Assembly: GCA_040902265.1 (NCBI GenBank)
Contig: JBBDXQ010000014.1
Span: 1-49,138, forward strand
Origin: Anaerolineales bacterium
GTDB taxonomy: Bacteria > Chloroflexota > Anaerolineae > Anaerolineales > UBA11579
DNA: 49,138 bases
Direction: 5' to 3'
Shown here piece by piece: positions 31,290 to 41,469 of the stretch (position 1 is its first letter; each line of letters opens with the position of its first letter). The translations under genes were made by a program, and so were the position numbers. The notes under the pieces were generated by a model that was given only the letters and a program-made list of their open reading frames with translations, made no database searches and was not told the origin of the DNA.

Positions 31290-31636
31290 TCCAGAGCCCC
31301 CTTCTTCCAAGCATAGATATAACCAACCAGCAGAATGAGGATGAAGACGAACATCTCGATCAGGCCAAACACGCCCAGTTGGCGAAAAGTCACCGCCCAG
31401 GGTAGGAAGAAAACAACTTCAATGTCGAAGAGGATGAAGAGAACAGCCACAAGATAAAAACGCACCGGGAAACGGCGGGTGCCCGGCCCAATGGGCTTCA
31501 TGCCGGATTCGTATGTTGCCAGTTTGGCTTCAGTGGGGCGTTTGGGGCCAAAGAGATGCCCAATAACCACAACAGCAACCGCAAACCCGGTCGCAATAAT
31601 GATCAAGACAGCGATAGGAAGATAGTCTTGCAGCAT
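31280..31636 (-). CDS. nuoA: NADH-quinone oxidoreductase subunit A
   Basis: [19 protein letters not shown]. Confidence 0.97.
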   Translation of the reverse strand: MLQDYLPIAVLIIIATGFAVAVVVIGHLFGPKRPTEAKLATYESGMKPIGPGTRRFPVRFYLVAVLFILFDIEVVFFLPWAVTFRQLGVFGLIEMFVFILILLVGYIYAWKKGALDWE

Positions 31637-31696
31637 AAAATACCCAAAACCTACAGAATGTTAAAGACGAAAAGCATTTAAATCGTAGGTCGGCCC

Positions 31697-31734
31697 AGTG
31701 TAACACAGGGCTTTTTGGGTGTCAAATTTCACAA
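31697..31734 (-). promoter_or_regulatory. nuo operon promoter with possible Rex operator overlapping the -35
   Basis: Minus strand TTGACA (31725-31720), 17 bp ending in TG-n, TACACT (31702-31697); TTGTGAA-attt-GACACCC is a half-perfect Rex box. Confidence 0.7.
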
Positions 31735-31743
31735 AGTCGGGGA

Positions 31744-33882
31744 TTAAATTTGTATTTCGGTCCCTATTTCCAGGCTGCGTACCGCCGCCAGGGTGGCGCG
31801 TGCTCCACCAAAAAGCTGCGGGTAGGAAATAGGCGGCGGACCGCCGGCGTGCAGGCTGGCCAGAAAGGCTTGCCAAATGGCGTGATGGCCTTTGTCCTGG
31901 CTGCGCCGCTGGGTGCTGGTGCGGCCGCTGTTGGTCAGCTCCAAAACGCGGAAGTCATCCAGTACGGCCACGTTACCGCCGCAAAAGATCTCCAGGCGCT
32001 CCTTGGGTAAAGAGCGGTCGCCATTTGCCAGATAGCTCAACGTGCCCAGAGACCCATCTGCAAAGCGCAGGGTTACTTGAACGTTATCTTGCATGCTGCC
32101 TTCCTCAGTTGGCAGCGCTGCAGCGGATACGGCCACTGGCGGCGCGCCTACCAAGAAGATCAAGTAGTCAATAAAATGGCACCCCTCGCCGAGCAGACGC
32201 CCGCCACCCAGAGCGGGATCGTGCAGCCAATGGTAAATGGGCAGCGGCCCGGCATTGACGCGGTAGTGGGCTGCCAGGGGCTGGCTGCGATTTTGCAAAA
32301 ATGAGACCAACAGCTTGCTCAGCGACGCAAAACGGCGATTGAAACCAACCGTTAGTAAAGGCGCTCCTTTTTTAGCCAGTGTTTTTTCGATTGAGGCCAA
32401 CTCGTTCTCGTTCAGAGCCAGTGGCTTTTCGCAGAATACGTGCTTGCCAGCCTTTAGACCCGCCAATGTTTGGCTGGCATGCAAATGGTGCCGAGTAAGT
32501 ACTGCGACGGCCTGCACTTTTCTATCGCCCAAGATCTGCGCGTCGTCACTCGCCGCATACCGGAATCCATAACGCCTGGCCAGTTGCGCAGCCGGTCGCC
32601 CAGAGGCGGACGCGATGCCGACCAACTCAAACCCACGCAGTCCCTTTAATGCAGGCAGCAATGTATTCCGCGCGAAGTTACCTGCCCCTAATACCCCCAG
32701 CCCAATCTTTTCCCCGGAAATCGGTTTACTGGAGACCACCAGTTTCTTTAGACTACGGGAGCTGCTCGCGTTTTTGGGATAAGTGATCAGCACACCGAGG
32801 AAAGGCTTCCTGCCTCGGATCAGATCATAGGCTTGAACTGCTTTTTGGATCGAATATCGATGGCTTATGAGAGAAGACACCTCGATCTCGCCACGTCCCA
32901 GTAGGTCGACAAAAGCCTGCAGGTTGCGTCCTTCCGTCCAGCGCACGTAGCCGATGGGATAATCTAGACCCGCTTCTTCGTAGCCGGGATCGTAGCGCCC
33001 CGGGCCATAAGAACGAGAGACCATCAAGGTCAATTCCTTGGCATAGTAACTGCGCCGCGGCACTTGCATTCCCACCGCACCCACTGCGATCACCCGTGCC
33101 CGGTCGCGGGCCAGCTCGCCAGCCAACTCGATTGGATCGTTCGACTCGCTGTCAGCACAGATCAGCACCAAGTCGAAGCCCCGGCCCTGGCTGCGGGCTA
33201 AAGCGTTCTGCTCCGCGCCTTGGCGCGGGACGGCTGATAGGCCGCGCTTCTTTGCTAGAGCTACCCGGCGCTCATCCAGGTCGATGCCAACCACCTGGCA
33301 GCCGGCGGCTGCAGCCAGGCTGGCCGCCAATTGCCCCAACAACCCGAGACCGATTACGGCCACACGTTCGCCAAGTTGCGCGCTTCCCAATCGGAAGCCG
33401 TGCAGGGCGATTGCTCCTAATGTAGCAAAGGAGGCTTGCTCGAAATCTACACTTTCTGGCAAAGCGGCCAGCAAGTTCTGGGGTACGACTACATACTCAG
33501 CATGCACTGCATATCCGCCACCTGCACAAGCCACGCGTTGCCCGACATGAAACCCTTTCACCCCTTCACCCAGCTCAACAATTGTGCCCGCTGAGGAGTA
33601 TCCCAGCGGCATGGCTTCACCCAGGCGGCCAAAGGCGGCTTGGGCCGCATTCAGCAGACCTTCGCGTCGAGCTTTTTCCAGTACTTGGCTCAACAAGTCA
33701 GGCCGCGAGCGTGCCTTGCCCAACAGGGATTTTCCAGCAAATTCCACCAGGGCGCGTTCCGTGCCGGCCGAGACCAGGGAGGCTGCGTTGCGCACCAACA
33801 CCATGCCAGGTTGCGCGGTAGGCTGCGGCACCTCGACCAGCTGAGGCTGCTTGGCGCGCATATCTTGGGTTAATTGTTTCAT
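31744..33882 (-). CDS. Bi-domain oxidoreductase (MDR/alcohol dehydrogenase-like plus Gfo/Idh/MocA)
   Basis: SAGTE, GLGLLG, SRSYGPGRYD, GAGNFA, CEKPLA, GFNRRF, GEGCHFID. Confidence 0.92.
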   Translation of the reverse strand: MKQLTQDMRAKQPQLVEVPQPTAQPGMVLVRNAASLVSAGTERALVEFAGKSLLGKARSRPDLLSQVLEKARREGLLNAAQAAFGRLGEAMPLGYSSAGTIVELGEGVKGFHVGQRVACAGGGYAVHAEYVVVPQNLLAALPESVDFEQASFATLGAIALHGFRLGSAQLGERVAVIGLGLLGQLAASLAAAAGCQVVGIDLDERRVALAKKRGLSAVPRQGAEQNALARSQGRGFDLVLICADSESNDPIELAGELARDRARVIAVGAVGMQVPRRSYYAKELTLMVSRSYGPGRYDPGYEEAGLDYPIGYVRWTEGRNLQAFVDLLGRGEIEVSSLISHRYSIQKAVQAYDLIRGRKPFLGVLITYPKNASSSRSLKKLVVSSKPISGEKIGLGVLGAGNFARNTLLPALKGLRGFELVGIASASGRPAAQLARRYGFRYAASDDAQILGDRKVQAVAVLTRHHLHASQTLAGLKAGKHVFCEKPLALNENELASIEKTLAKKGAPLLTVGFNRRFASLSKLLVSFLQNRSQPLAAHYRVNAGPLPIYHWLHDPALGGGRLLGEGCHFIDYLIFLVGAPPVAVSAAALPTEEGSMQDNVQVTLRFADGSLGTLSYLANGDRSLPKERLEIFCGGNVAVLDDFRVLELTNSGRTSTQRRSQDKGHHAIWQAFLASLHAGGPPPISYPQLFGGARATLAAVRSLEIGTEIQI

Positions 33883-33942
33883 AGGATGAGTTTGCTCAGA
33901 GGAATAGCGATTTTATCATTTACACCACCTCGGCTTTGTGTC

Positions 33943-34470
33943 CTATGCGCCCCAAAACCCGCGCCCTATGGGTCGCATATCTTCCCCGCTGATAAAAGCC
34001 GAGCTGTCAATTTTCTGGGCGATCGTGTGCACCTTCTTTACTTTCCGCCTGCGCACGCTAACGTGCAACATGGTCACCATGCCATCTTTTCCCCGCGCCG
34101 GGATCTCAGTCACCGCGTATCCTTCGGCGCGCAACTTTTCGGCAATGGCGCTCCCCCGCTTCGGGCTGATGATGCTAATGTGGATGTGACCCACTGCCAG
34201 CCTTTCTTCCACCATAATGCCCACTGTATTGCCAAAAGCAAACCCACCTGCGTAGACCGCAATATATAAAATATTGTTCAGGTTACTAAACACCGCACTA
34301 AGGGTGACAACGAAGATCACGGATTCTGTAAAAGCCAGTATCCAGGCTACCAGTTTGCGCCCGCGAATGGTCATCATGATACGAACCGTGTCGATGGTCT
34401 GGTTGACCAGACGTGCAATAAAGACACCTAGCGCGATCACCAGGGTTTCAGGCGTCAGGATAAATTCCAT
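33943..34470 (-). CDS. UPF0316/DUF2179-type membrane protein
   Basis: Three N-terminal TM helices, YAGGFAFGN..G, C-terminal ferredoxin-like domain (GYAVT..ARG). Confidence 0.85.
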   Translation of the reverse strand: MEFILTPETLVIALGVFIARLVNQTIDTVRIMMTIRGRKLVAWILAFTESVIFVVTLSAVFSNLNNILYIAVYAGGFAFGNTVGIMVEERLAVGHIHISIISPKRGSAIAEKLRAEGYAVTEIPARGKDGMVTMLHVSVRRRKVKKVHTIAQKIDSSAFISGEDMRPIGRGFWGA

Positions 34471-36644
34471 CAGCGTTTCATTCCCACCAAGTCCCCGCGT
34501 TGCTCCATGGCTGGCAGATACATATCGTTCAAATACTCTTTGACCATGCGCCGGGCGCTGAAGCGCGGCGCCAGACTGCGAATCGATTCCTTGACCATAG
34601 CCAGCCAGGCTTCTGACGCCCGATGAGGGGTGCGCTCGTCGTAATACAGGGGGATGATCTTATTCTCGAGAACATCGTAGAGGCTGGCCGCGTCCTTTTC
34701 GTCCTGTTCACGCGGGTCAAGGTGGTCTGCATCCTGGCCGATCACCCAGCCATTATTCCCGTTATAGCCTTCTCGCCACCAACCATCCAGGATCGAAAAA
34801 TTGAGCGCGCCATTCATAGCAGCTTTCTGCCCTGAAGTGCCAGAAGCTTCCATTGGCCGCCGTGGGGAGTTCAGCCACACATCCACGCCCTGTACCAGGT
34901 AGCGCGCCAGGTGGATATCGTAATCATCCAGGAAAACGAGGCGCCCTCCAGTTTCCGCTTTTTTCACGGCGCGGTACACCTGCTGGATAAGCATCTTGCC
35001 CGGCTCATCTGCCGGGTGTGCCTTGCCAGCAAAGATGATCTGCACCGGCCGCGTCGGTCGGTTAAGCAAATCGAGCAGATGATCAAGGTCCCTCAGCATC
35101 AGGTCAGCCCGTTTGTAGGTGGCAAAGCGGCGTGCAAAACCGATGGTCAGCGCATAGGGATCCAGCAGCACGCCGGAAGCGATCACTTGCACCGGGTGGA
35201 CCCCGTTATACATCCAATGTGTGCGCGCCCGTTCTCGGATGAAAGCCACCATCTTTCGCTTCAAGTGACGCCGCACAGCCCATAATTCCTCGTCCGGGAT
35301 CTCCAGCACGGTTTCCCACAAGGCAGGGTTGTCCTGATTCTCGCGCCAATCCCTACCCAGATGCTTGGTATACAAACTTCCCATTCGCCGCGCCAGCCAG
35401 GTACCGGTGTGTACTCCATTGGTGATTGACCGGATCTTGACCTCCTCTTCCTTTACTTCCGGCCACAGGAAGTTCCACATGCGGCGGGCGACGCGGCCGT
35501 GCATTTCAGAAACGCCATTGTGTTGTGCGGAGAAACGCAAAGCCAGAATGGGCATACTAAACGTGTCCCGATTGCCCTCCTCGCGCCGGGCCAGATCGAC
35601 AAAGCCTTGCTGGTCCAAACCCAGTTCCAGCCAATACCCTGCAAAATACTTATCCACCAGCCACACAGGAAATTCGTCATTGCCAGCCGCTACCGGCGTG
35701 TGGGTCGTGAAGATGTTATGAGCCCTCACCTTTTCGATCGCTTCCGTCAACGATCTGCCTGCTTGCACCAATTCGCGGGTCAGCTCTAAGCCGAGGAAAG
35801 CGGAGTGACCTTCGTTCATGTGCCAGGCTAACGGGTTGTATCCCAGCATGCGCAAGGCACGCACGCCTCCGATACCCAGCAATATTTCCTGGGAAATACG
35901 CGAATCGGGATCGCTACTGTATAAGCGCGCCGTCAAGGCGCGGTCGTCCTCGCTGTTCTTATCGATGTTGCTATCCAGCAAATACAACGGGACGCGCCCC
36001 ACATGGACCTCCCACAGCCGGGCATGTAGCGTGCGGCCGGCCAGATCCACCGTCACTGTCATCGGTTCCCCCTGCTCGTCCAGGATCGGCATTACCGGTA
36101 GATCTTCAAAACGCAAGGTCACTCGCCGTGATTCCTGCCAACCATCCTCGCTGATATGCTGGAAGAAATAGCCTTGCGTATAAATGAAACCCATAGCTAC
36201 CAGGGGTAGGCCCAGGTCGCTGGCCTCCTTCAGATGGTCACCCGCCAGGATACCCAGCCCTCCGGCATACATCGGTAGAGTTTCATGCAAACCAAACTCG
36301 GTCGAAAAGTATGCGATGGGTTTGTTTTCGTTGCTCGAATGATTGCGTTGGAACCAGGTGTCCTTTGTTTTTATATAGCGGTCAAAGTCAGAAAGAATAT
36401 GGTCGTATAGATCCACATAGTCCAGGTTTTGGGCTGCAGCTTCCAGTCTCTCAGCAAGCACCTCTCGCAAAAACATGATGGGGTTGTGCTTGACTTGATC
36501 CCAATAATAATGATCGATCCTGGCAAACAGGTCCTGGGCACTGGGTTGCCAGGTCCACCACAAGTTATAGGCTAGCTCACCGAGTCGGCTGATGCGTTCA
36601 GGTAGATTGAAATGGTTTAGTTGTTGGGCACGAAATTCTGGCAT
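34470..36644 (-). CDS. glgP: Alpha-glucan (glycogen) phosphorylase
   Basis: YAGGLGILAGD, HMNEGH, ARRFATYKR, AGKAHP, PLP motif EASGTSGQK. Confidence 0.96.
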   Translation of the reverse strand: MPEFRAQQLNHFNLPERISRLGELAYNLWWTWQPSAQDLFARIDHYYWDQVKHNPIMFLREVLAERLEAAAQNLDYVDLYDHILSDFDRYIKTKDTWFQRNHSSNENKPIAYFSTEFGLHETLPMYAGGLGILAGDHLKEASDLGLPLVAMGFIYTQGYFFQHISEDGWQESRRVTLRFEDLPVMPILDEQGEPMTVTVDLAGRTLHARLWEVHVGRVPLYLLDSNIDKNSEDDRALTARLYSSDPDSRISQEILLGIGGVRALRMLGYNPLAWHMNEGHSAFLGLELTRELVQAGRSLTEAIEKVRAHNIFTTHTPVAAGNDEFPVWLVDKYFAGYWLELGLDQQGFVDLARREEGNRDTFSMPILALRFSAQHNGVSEMHGRVARRMWNFLWPEVKEEEVKIRSITNGVHTGTWLARRMGSLYTKHLGRDWRENQDNPALWETVLEIPDEELWAVRRHLKRKMVAFIRERARTHWMYNGVHPVQVIASGVLLDPYALTIGFARRFATYKRADLMLRDLDHLLDLLNRPTRPVQIIFAGKAHPADEPGKMLIQQVYRAVKKAETGGRLVFLDDYDIHLARYLVQGVDVWLNSPRRPMEASGTSGQKAAMNGALNFSILDGWWREGYNGNNGWVIGQDADHLDPREQDEKDAASLYDVLENKIIPLYYDERTPHRASEAWLAMVKESIRSLAPRFSARRMVKEYLNDMYLPAMEQRGDLVGMKR

Positions 36645-36797
36645 GATTCCTTTGCTGGTCGGCTTGAGGTCATTCGAAATGTTACCATGCGCCGCGCGCT
36701 AGCTACCGGAGACGATTTTCGTCCCTGAGTTATAATGCCCCTCTGGCACACCTGTACAGTTTCGCGTCAACAAACCTGTCCGAGCCAGCTGGAGCCT

Positions 36798-38711
36798 ATG
36801 AGCAGCGTAGAGGAAGTCAAGGCCCGCCTCGAGATCGTCGATCTGGTCTCGGAGACTGTCACCCTGCGCCGCGCGGGGAAAAATTTTACCGGCTTCTGTC
36901 CCTTCCACAGTAACACGCGCACGCCTTCGTTCGTCGTCTTCCCTGAGACGGGTACCTGGCGTTGTTTCGGGCAGTGCAACGAAGGCGGAGACATTTTCCG
37001 GTTCGTGATGAAAAAGGAAGGGTGGGATTTCCCCGAGGCCCTGCGCCGCCTGGCTGAACGCGCCGGGGTGCAATTACGCGCTCCCAGCCCCCTGGAACAG
37101 GCCGCCAAGGAGCAGCATGGCCACCTGCGCGAGTTGCTGGAAAGCACAGTCACCTTTTTTCGCCACCAACTAGTCAATACCCAGGCAGGCACAGCACCCC
37201 TCGATTATGTGCGCGGCCGCGGCCTCACTGACGCCAGCATCGAATCCTTTGGCGTGGGTTTTGCGCCTGATTCGTTCGACGCTCTTTCAACCCATCTGCA
37301 AGCCAATGGCTACACAATGGATGAGATGCATAACGCTGGCCTGCTATCCGAGAACGAAGCTGGCAAACGCTACGACCGCTTCCGCAACCGCCTGATGTTC
37401 CCTATCCGTGACGGCGGTGGCCGCATGACCGGCTTTGGCGCACGGGCGCTCAAAGAAACCGACCAGCCAAAGTATCTAAATTCCCCTCAAAACGCACTCT
37501 TCGACAAAAGCAGCCTGCTTTACGGTTTGGATCGCGCCCGCAAAGCCATCCGCGCCGAGGACCAGGCCGTAGTGGTTGAAGGCTATATGGACGTGATCGG
37601 TCTGCACCAGGCCGGCTTTGCAAACGCGGTGTCCCCCATGGGCACGGCTCTGAATGAGCAGCATATGCGCCAGCTCAAACGGTTGGCCAAGGGCATTGTG
37701 CTGGCGCTGGATGCCGATGCGGCTGGGAACCAGGCCACCCTGCGCGGCTTGCAGGTGGCCCGCCAAAGCCTGGACCGTGAAGCAGACCCGGTGTTCGACG
37801 CCCGCGGCCTGCTGCGCCACGAAGGCCGCCTGCAGGCAGATCTGCGCGTGTGCACCCTGCCCGCAGGATCGGACCCCGACGAGATCGTGCAGCGCGACGC
37901 CCAAGAATGGCCGCGCCTATTGCAGTCCGCCCAACCTATCGTCGAGCATGTGATGCATACCTTGGCCAAAGGCCGCAACCTGGACGACCCTAAAGTGAAA
38001 CGCGAACTGGCCCAGCAAGTGCTGCCGCTGATAGGCGACCTGCCCAGCGCCATTGAACGGGATAGCTATATCCAAAAATTGGCGCGGCTGCTGCAAGTGG
38101 ATGAGCGCAGCTTACTCAGCGAACGGCCGGTTCGCCGGCGAGCGCAAGCGCGCCGCCACACCAGCGCCCCACCTCAGGCTAAAGAGACGACAATCACGCG
38201 TATTTCAGACGAAAGCACTTTCAAACTGGAATCGCATTGCCTAAGCATTATCATCCGCACGCCAGACCTGCTCTATCGGGTTAACCGCGCCTTGCAAGAG
38301 GCTAACTTGCCGCGCTTGTCTTCAAACGACTTTGAACATACTGACCTCCAAGAGATGTTCCGACTTTCGCTGGAAGCCCTTGAACAGGACCTGGTTGAGC
38401 CATCCAGCTACACTTTGCAGAATCTGCCGCTGCCTCTGCTCGACCGGGCGGACGAGCTCCTGGTGAATAGCAAAGAGCTGGATCCTAATACCGACCGCGT
38501 TTTTGAGGACCTGCTGCGCGGTATTCTGCAGCTGCGCCGACGAACCTTGCGCAGGACCAACGAGCAAATGCGCTTCCTGCAGGAAACCGCCCAAGATGAA
38601 GGCGATTTGAAGGCCAGCGAATACGCTCAAGTGATGGTACAAAACACTCTGACCTTGCAGCGCCTGGATAAAGCCCTGGCCTTTGGGCGCAACTTACCTA
38701 CCGCAACGTAA
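36798..38711 (+). CDS. dnaG: DNA primase
   Basis: CPFH...CFGQC zinc finger, KYLNSP, VEGYMDV, DADAAG; likely start MSSVEEVK with GGAG SD. Track ATG 36735 lies inside a TATAAT box. Confidence 0.96.
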   Translation: MSSVEEVKARLEIVDLVSETVTLRRAGKNFTGFCPFHSNTRTPSFVVFPETGTWRCFGQCNEGGDIFRFVMKKEGWDFPEALRRLAERAGVQLRAPSPLEQAAKEQHGHLRELLESTVTFFRHQLVNTQAGTAPLDYVRGRGLTDASIESFGVGFAPDSFDALSTHLQANGYTMDEMHNAGLLSENEAGKRYDRFRNRLMFPIRDGGGRMTGFGARALKETDQPKYLNSPQNALFDKSSLLYGLDRARKAIRAEDQAVVVEGYMDVIGLHQAGFANAVSPMGTALNEQHMRQLKRLAKGIVLALDADAAGNQATLRGLQVARQSLDREADPVFDARGLLRHEGRLQADLRVCTLPAGSDPDEIVQRDAQEWPRLLQSAQPIVEHVMHTLAKGRNLDDPKVKRELAQQVLPLIGDLPSAIERDSYIQKLARLLQVDERSLLSERPVRRRAQARRHTSAPPQAKETTITRISDESTFKLESHCLSIIIRTPDLLYRVNRALQEANLPRLSSNDFEHTDLQEMFRLSLEALEQDLVEPSSYTLQNLPLPLLDRADELLVNSKELDPNTDRVFEDLLRGILQLRRRTLRRTNEQMRFLQETAQDEGDLKASEYAQVMVQNTLTLQRLDKALAFGRNLPTAT

Positions 38712-40274
38712 ATGAAGAAGCGACGTAAAGAACCCATAGAACCAACTGAACTCGAAGAGGAGGCTCCCGAGGAGGAGCTTGTATCGGAAGAGATCGAGCT
38801 AAACCCTGAATTGCCAGACGATGAAGAGGTTCTGGATGCCCTGCGCGATGACCTGCAGAAGCTCGAACAGAGCGTGCGGGACAAGCGGGATATCTCGGGC
38901 GAAATGGGGGACGACCCGGTTCGCCTCTATCTAAAAGAGATCGGGTTAGTCAGTCTGCTCAATACAGACCGCGAACACTGGCTGGCCACTCGAGTAGATG
39001 CGGCTAAACGACTGCATGCCATCCAGAAGAAGCACCCCGTGGCTATTCGCGGCAATGCGGAACCGCGCTCCATTTATCGTGCCATCTATGCGGAATTGAT
39101 CCGGGCTCGCGAGAGGGTGAACGAAGAAAGCCGCGCGCGAGGCTATGCCGTCCCCGAATTGCTCCCCATCCTGCAAGAAGCGGTGCGCCTGCAACGCACT
39201 TGGGATATCGAAATACCCTCCTACATGCGCAGCTATTTGGATAACGGCCTGTGGGGCAAGGATGAGCACTGGAATGCAGTGGCGCGCAGCGCTTTCATTA
39301 TTTTCATGGGCTTTTACGTCCTGCCCATCGAACTGTTGGAAAGACTACAAAAACATTTAGACAGCCACGGCGACCTGCTTTCACCTCGCACTTTCGCCGG
39401 CATGCTGCCTTCCAACGAAGAATTGCTTGTCGCCATGGCGGCGGTGGAAACCCGCTCGATGGAAGCCCAGATCGCCATCATCAACGCCAACCTGCGCCTG
39501 GTAGTCAGCATCGCCAAACGTTATGTAGGCCGCGGTTCTTCCTTTGAGGACCTGATCCAGGAAGGTAATATTGGCCTGCTGCGGGCTGTGAATAAGTTCG
39601 ATCCTACACGCGGCTTCAAATTTAGCACATACGCCACCTGGTGGATCCGCCAGGCTATCACCCGTTCAATTGCCGATCAGGCCCGCACCATTCGTATCCC
39701 GGTGCACCTGCTGGAGTCGATCCAACGCTTGATGCGCCTGCAACGCGAGCTGACCCAGAGCCTGGGGCGCGATCCCAGCCTGGAGGAGTTGGCGCTGGAG
39801 AGCGGCTTCCTCGATGAAGCGGATGTGATTGCCATCAGGGAAGGCATTAAGAGGGACGAGGGTTTCCCCGCCGACCTGCGGCGCCGTTGGGTACGCGCGA
39901 CCAGCAAGGTGGAGCAAACTTTGCGCAGCGCCGAGGAACCCATGTCGCTGGAGAGCCCTGTGGGAGCGGGAGACGGCAGCGAGCTGGCTGACTTCATCCA
40001 AGACGAAGATGCGCTGGCCCCCATGGACGCAGCCGCCCGCGAAATGCTGCGCGAGCAGGTCCAGAACGCGCTGGCCGCCCTCACTGACCGCGAGCGCGAG
40101 GTGTTGGAGCTACGCTACGGCCTGGTGGATGGCAAGGACCACACCTTGGAAGAAGTGGGCCAGTATTTCAACGTCACCCGCGAGCGCATCCGCCAGATCG
40201 AGGCGAAAGCCCTGCGCAAATTACGACACCCCACCCGCAGCCACCAGCTGCGCGAATATTTGGGGGGCAGCTAA
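38712..40274 (+). CDS. rpoD: RpoD/SigA-family sigma factor
   Basis: [56 protein letters not shown]; directly follows dnaG. Confidence 0.92.
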   Translation: MKKRRKEPIEPTELEEEAPEEELVSEEIELNPELPDDEEVLDALRDDLQKLEQSVRDKRDISGEMGDDPVRLYLKEIGLVSLLNTDREHWLATRVDAAKRLHAIQKKHPVAIRGNAEPRSIYRAIYAELIRARERVNEESRARGYAVPELLPILQEAVRLQRTWDIEIPSYMRSYLDNGLWGKDEHWNAVARSAFIIFMGFYVLPIELLERLQKHLDSHGDLLSPRTFAGMLPSNEELLVAMAAVETRSMEAQIAIINANLRLVVSIAKRYVGRGSSFEDLIQEGNIGLLRAVNKFDPTRGFKFSTYATWWIRQAITRSIADQARTIRIPVHLLESIQRLMRLQRELTQSLGRDPSLEELALESGFLDEADVIAIREGIKRDEGFPADLRRRWVRATSKVEQTLRSAEEPMSLESPVGAGDGSELADFIQDEDALAPMDAAAREMLREQVQNALAALTDREREVLELRYGLVDGKDHTLEEVGQYFNVTRERIRQIEAKALRKLRHPTRSHQLREYLGGS

Positions 40275-40336
40275 CGACGAGTTACGGCTTACACGAAACA
40301 AGCTGAAAACGATCGTAGGATGGTGGATGAAACAAC

Positions 40337-40362
40337 AAAAAAGGCACAGTGCAACTGTGGTC
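40337..40362 (-). terminator. Possible intrinsic terminator of the minus-strand run
   Basis: Minus strand CACAG-ttgca-CTGTG stem, then CC and T6. Confidence 0.5.
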
Positions 40363-40415
40363 TAGCAGTGGTTAGCAAATCAGGCAAACTAATTTTCTAA
40401 TTTCAATCTACAGAC

Positions 40416-40631
40416 CTAATCCCCACCCCGCTCCTCCTGCTCAAACGCGCTGTCGAATTCGTCTTCCAACTCGTCCTCATATTCGTCCATCGGCCAGTCC
40501 AGCTCCAACGGATCCAGCCAGACTACCTCGATTTCCGTATCGCATGATTTACAGGTGACCCTTGCACCGATCTTGGGAGCACCCTTCACTGTGAGCTTGG
40601 CTCCACAAGAGGGGCATACGGATTCAGTCAT
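40416..40631 (-). CDS. LysW-like zinc-ribbon protein with acidic tail, lacking EDWGE
   Basis: CPSCG...CKSC..IEVV..DPLEL pattern; tail DEYEDELEDEF...EERGGD; GAAGGA SD. Confidence 0.75.
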   Translation of the reverse strand: MTESVCPSCGAKLTVKGAPKIGARVTCKSCDTEIEVVWLDPLELDWPMDEYEDELEDEFDSAFEQEERGGD

Positions 40632-40711
40632 TAATACAATTTCCTTCCAAGCGTGGAATTGTCATCGCAAGCGGAACTTTACCTATAAAAGCAGTAAAAA
40701 GTATTGAAAAG

Positions 40712-41440
40712 CTATGTAAATTGTGTTTCAGTTTTAGGGAAAAGCCTCTGCTGGTCCGGTTCAGGCTCAAAGAAATATCCGATCCCAGCCTCGGTGAGGA
40801 TGTAACGCGGGCTGGATGGGTCAGGTTCCAGCTTGCTGCGTAGGCGGCTGATCAGCCCGCGCACCAGGCTCTGGTTACCCTCGCCCCCATAGCCCCACAC
40901 GTACTCCACAAGGTTCTCGGATGGCACCACCCGGCCGGGGTGTGTCATCAGTGCATATAGCAAACGGAACTCCAGTTGGGTCAAACGTGCCGCAGCCCGG
41001 TCGCTCACTTGCACACTGCGCTTGGATGGGTCCAGCGTAACGCCCGCCTGGCTGAGAGCCGGCAAACTGAAGTAGGGCAGGCCGGAGCTGCGACGCATCA
41101 AGGCGCGCAATTGAGCCACCAGGAGCCGCGGGCTGAAGGGCCGTGCGAAAATCAGGTCAGCGCCTGCTTCGATCAACATGATCTGGCGACGCTCATCATT
41201 GCGCTCCAATAACAACACGATAGGCGCCTGGTTTTCCAAACGTAATTGGCTGATGTATTCGGGGGTGAGTGCCTTGTCTTCTACAAAAGCAAACAGAAAC
41301 AATTCTACCGGGCGGTCTTGCCAGGCTTGCGCTACGCGATCAGCTTCCGAGATCAGGCGCACTTCAAAACCTGCCCGCTCTAGGATTAAGGTGAGGATTG
41401 CAGCTTCGTCTGGATCAGGAGCGAATAATAGAGTCAGCAT
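40712..41440 (-). CDS. Atypical OmpR/PhoB-family response regulator (pseudo-receiver plus winged helix)
   Basis: wHTH LTQLEFRLL...VWG...ISRLRSKLE...GIGY; receiver lacks the conserved Asp, Thr and Lys. Confidence 0.88.
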   Translation of the reverse strand: MLTLLFAPDPDEAAILTLILERAGFEVRLISEADRVAQAWQDRPVELFLFAFVEDKALTPEYISQLRLENQAPIVLLLERNDERRQIMLIEAGADLIFARPFSPRLLVAQLRALMRRSSGLPYFSLPALSQAGVTLDPSKRSVQVSDRAAARLTQLEFRLLYALMTHPGRVVPSENLVEYVWGYGGEGNQSLVRGLISRLRSKLEPDPSSPRYILTEAGIGYFFEPEPDQQRLFPKTETQFT

Positions 41441-41469
41441 AATGGCTGCGTACTACATTTATAACACGG

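Noticed and set aside
40416-40631. Calling this gene lysW
   Set aside because: Lacks the C-terminal EDWGE and lysine/arginine pathway neighbours, so no symbol was given.
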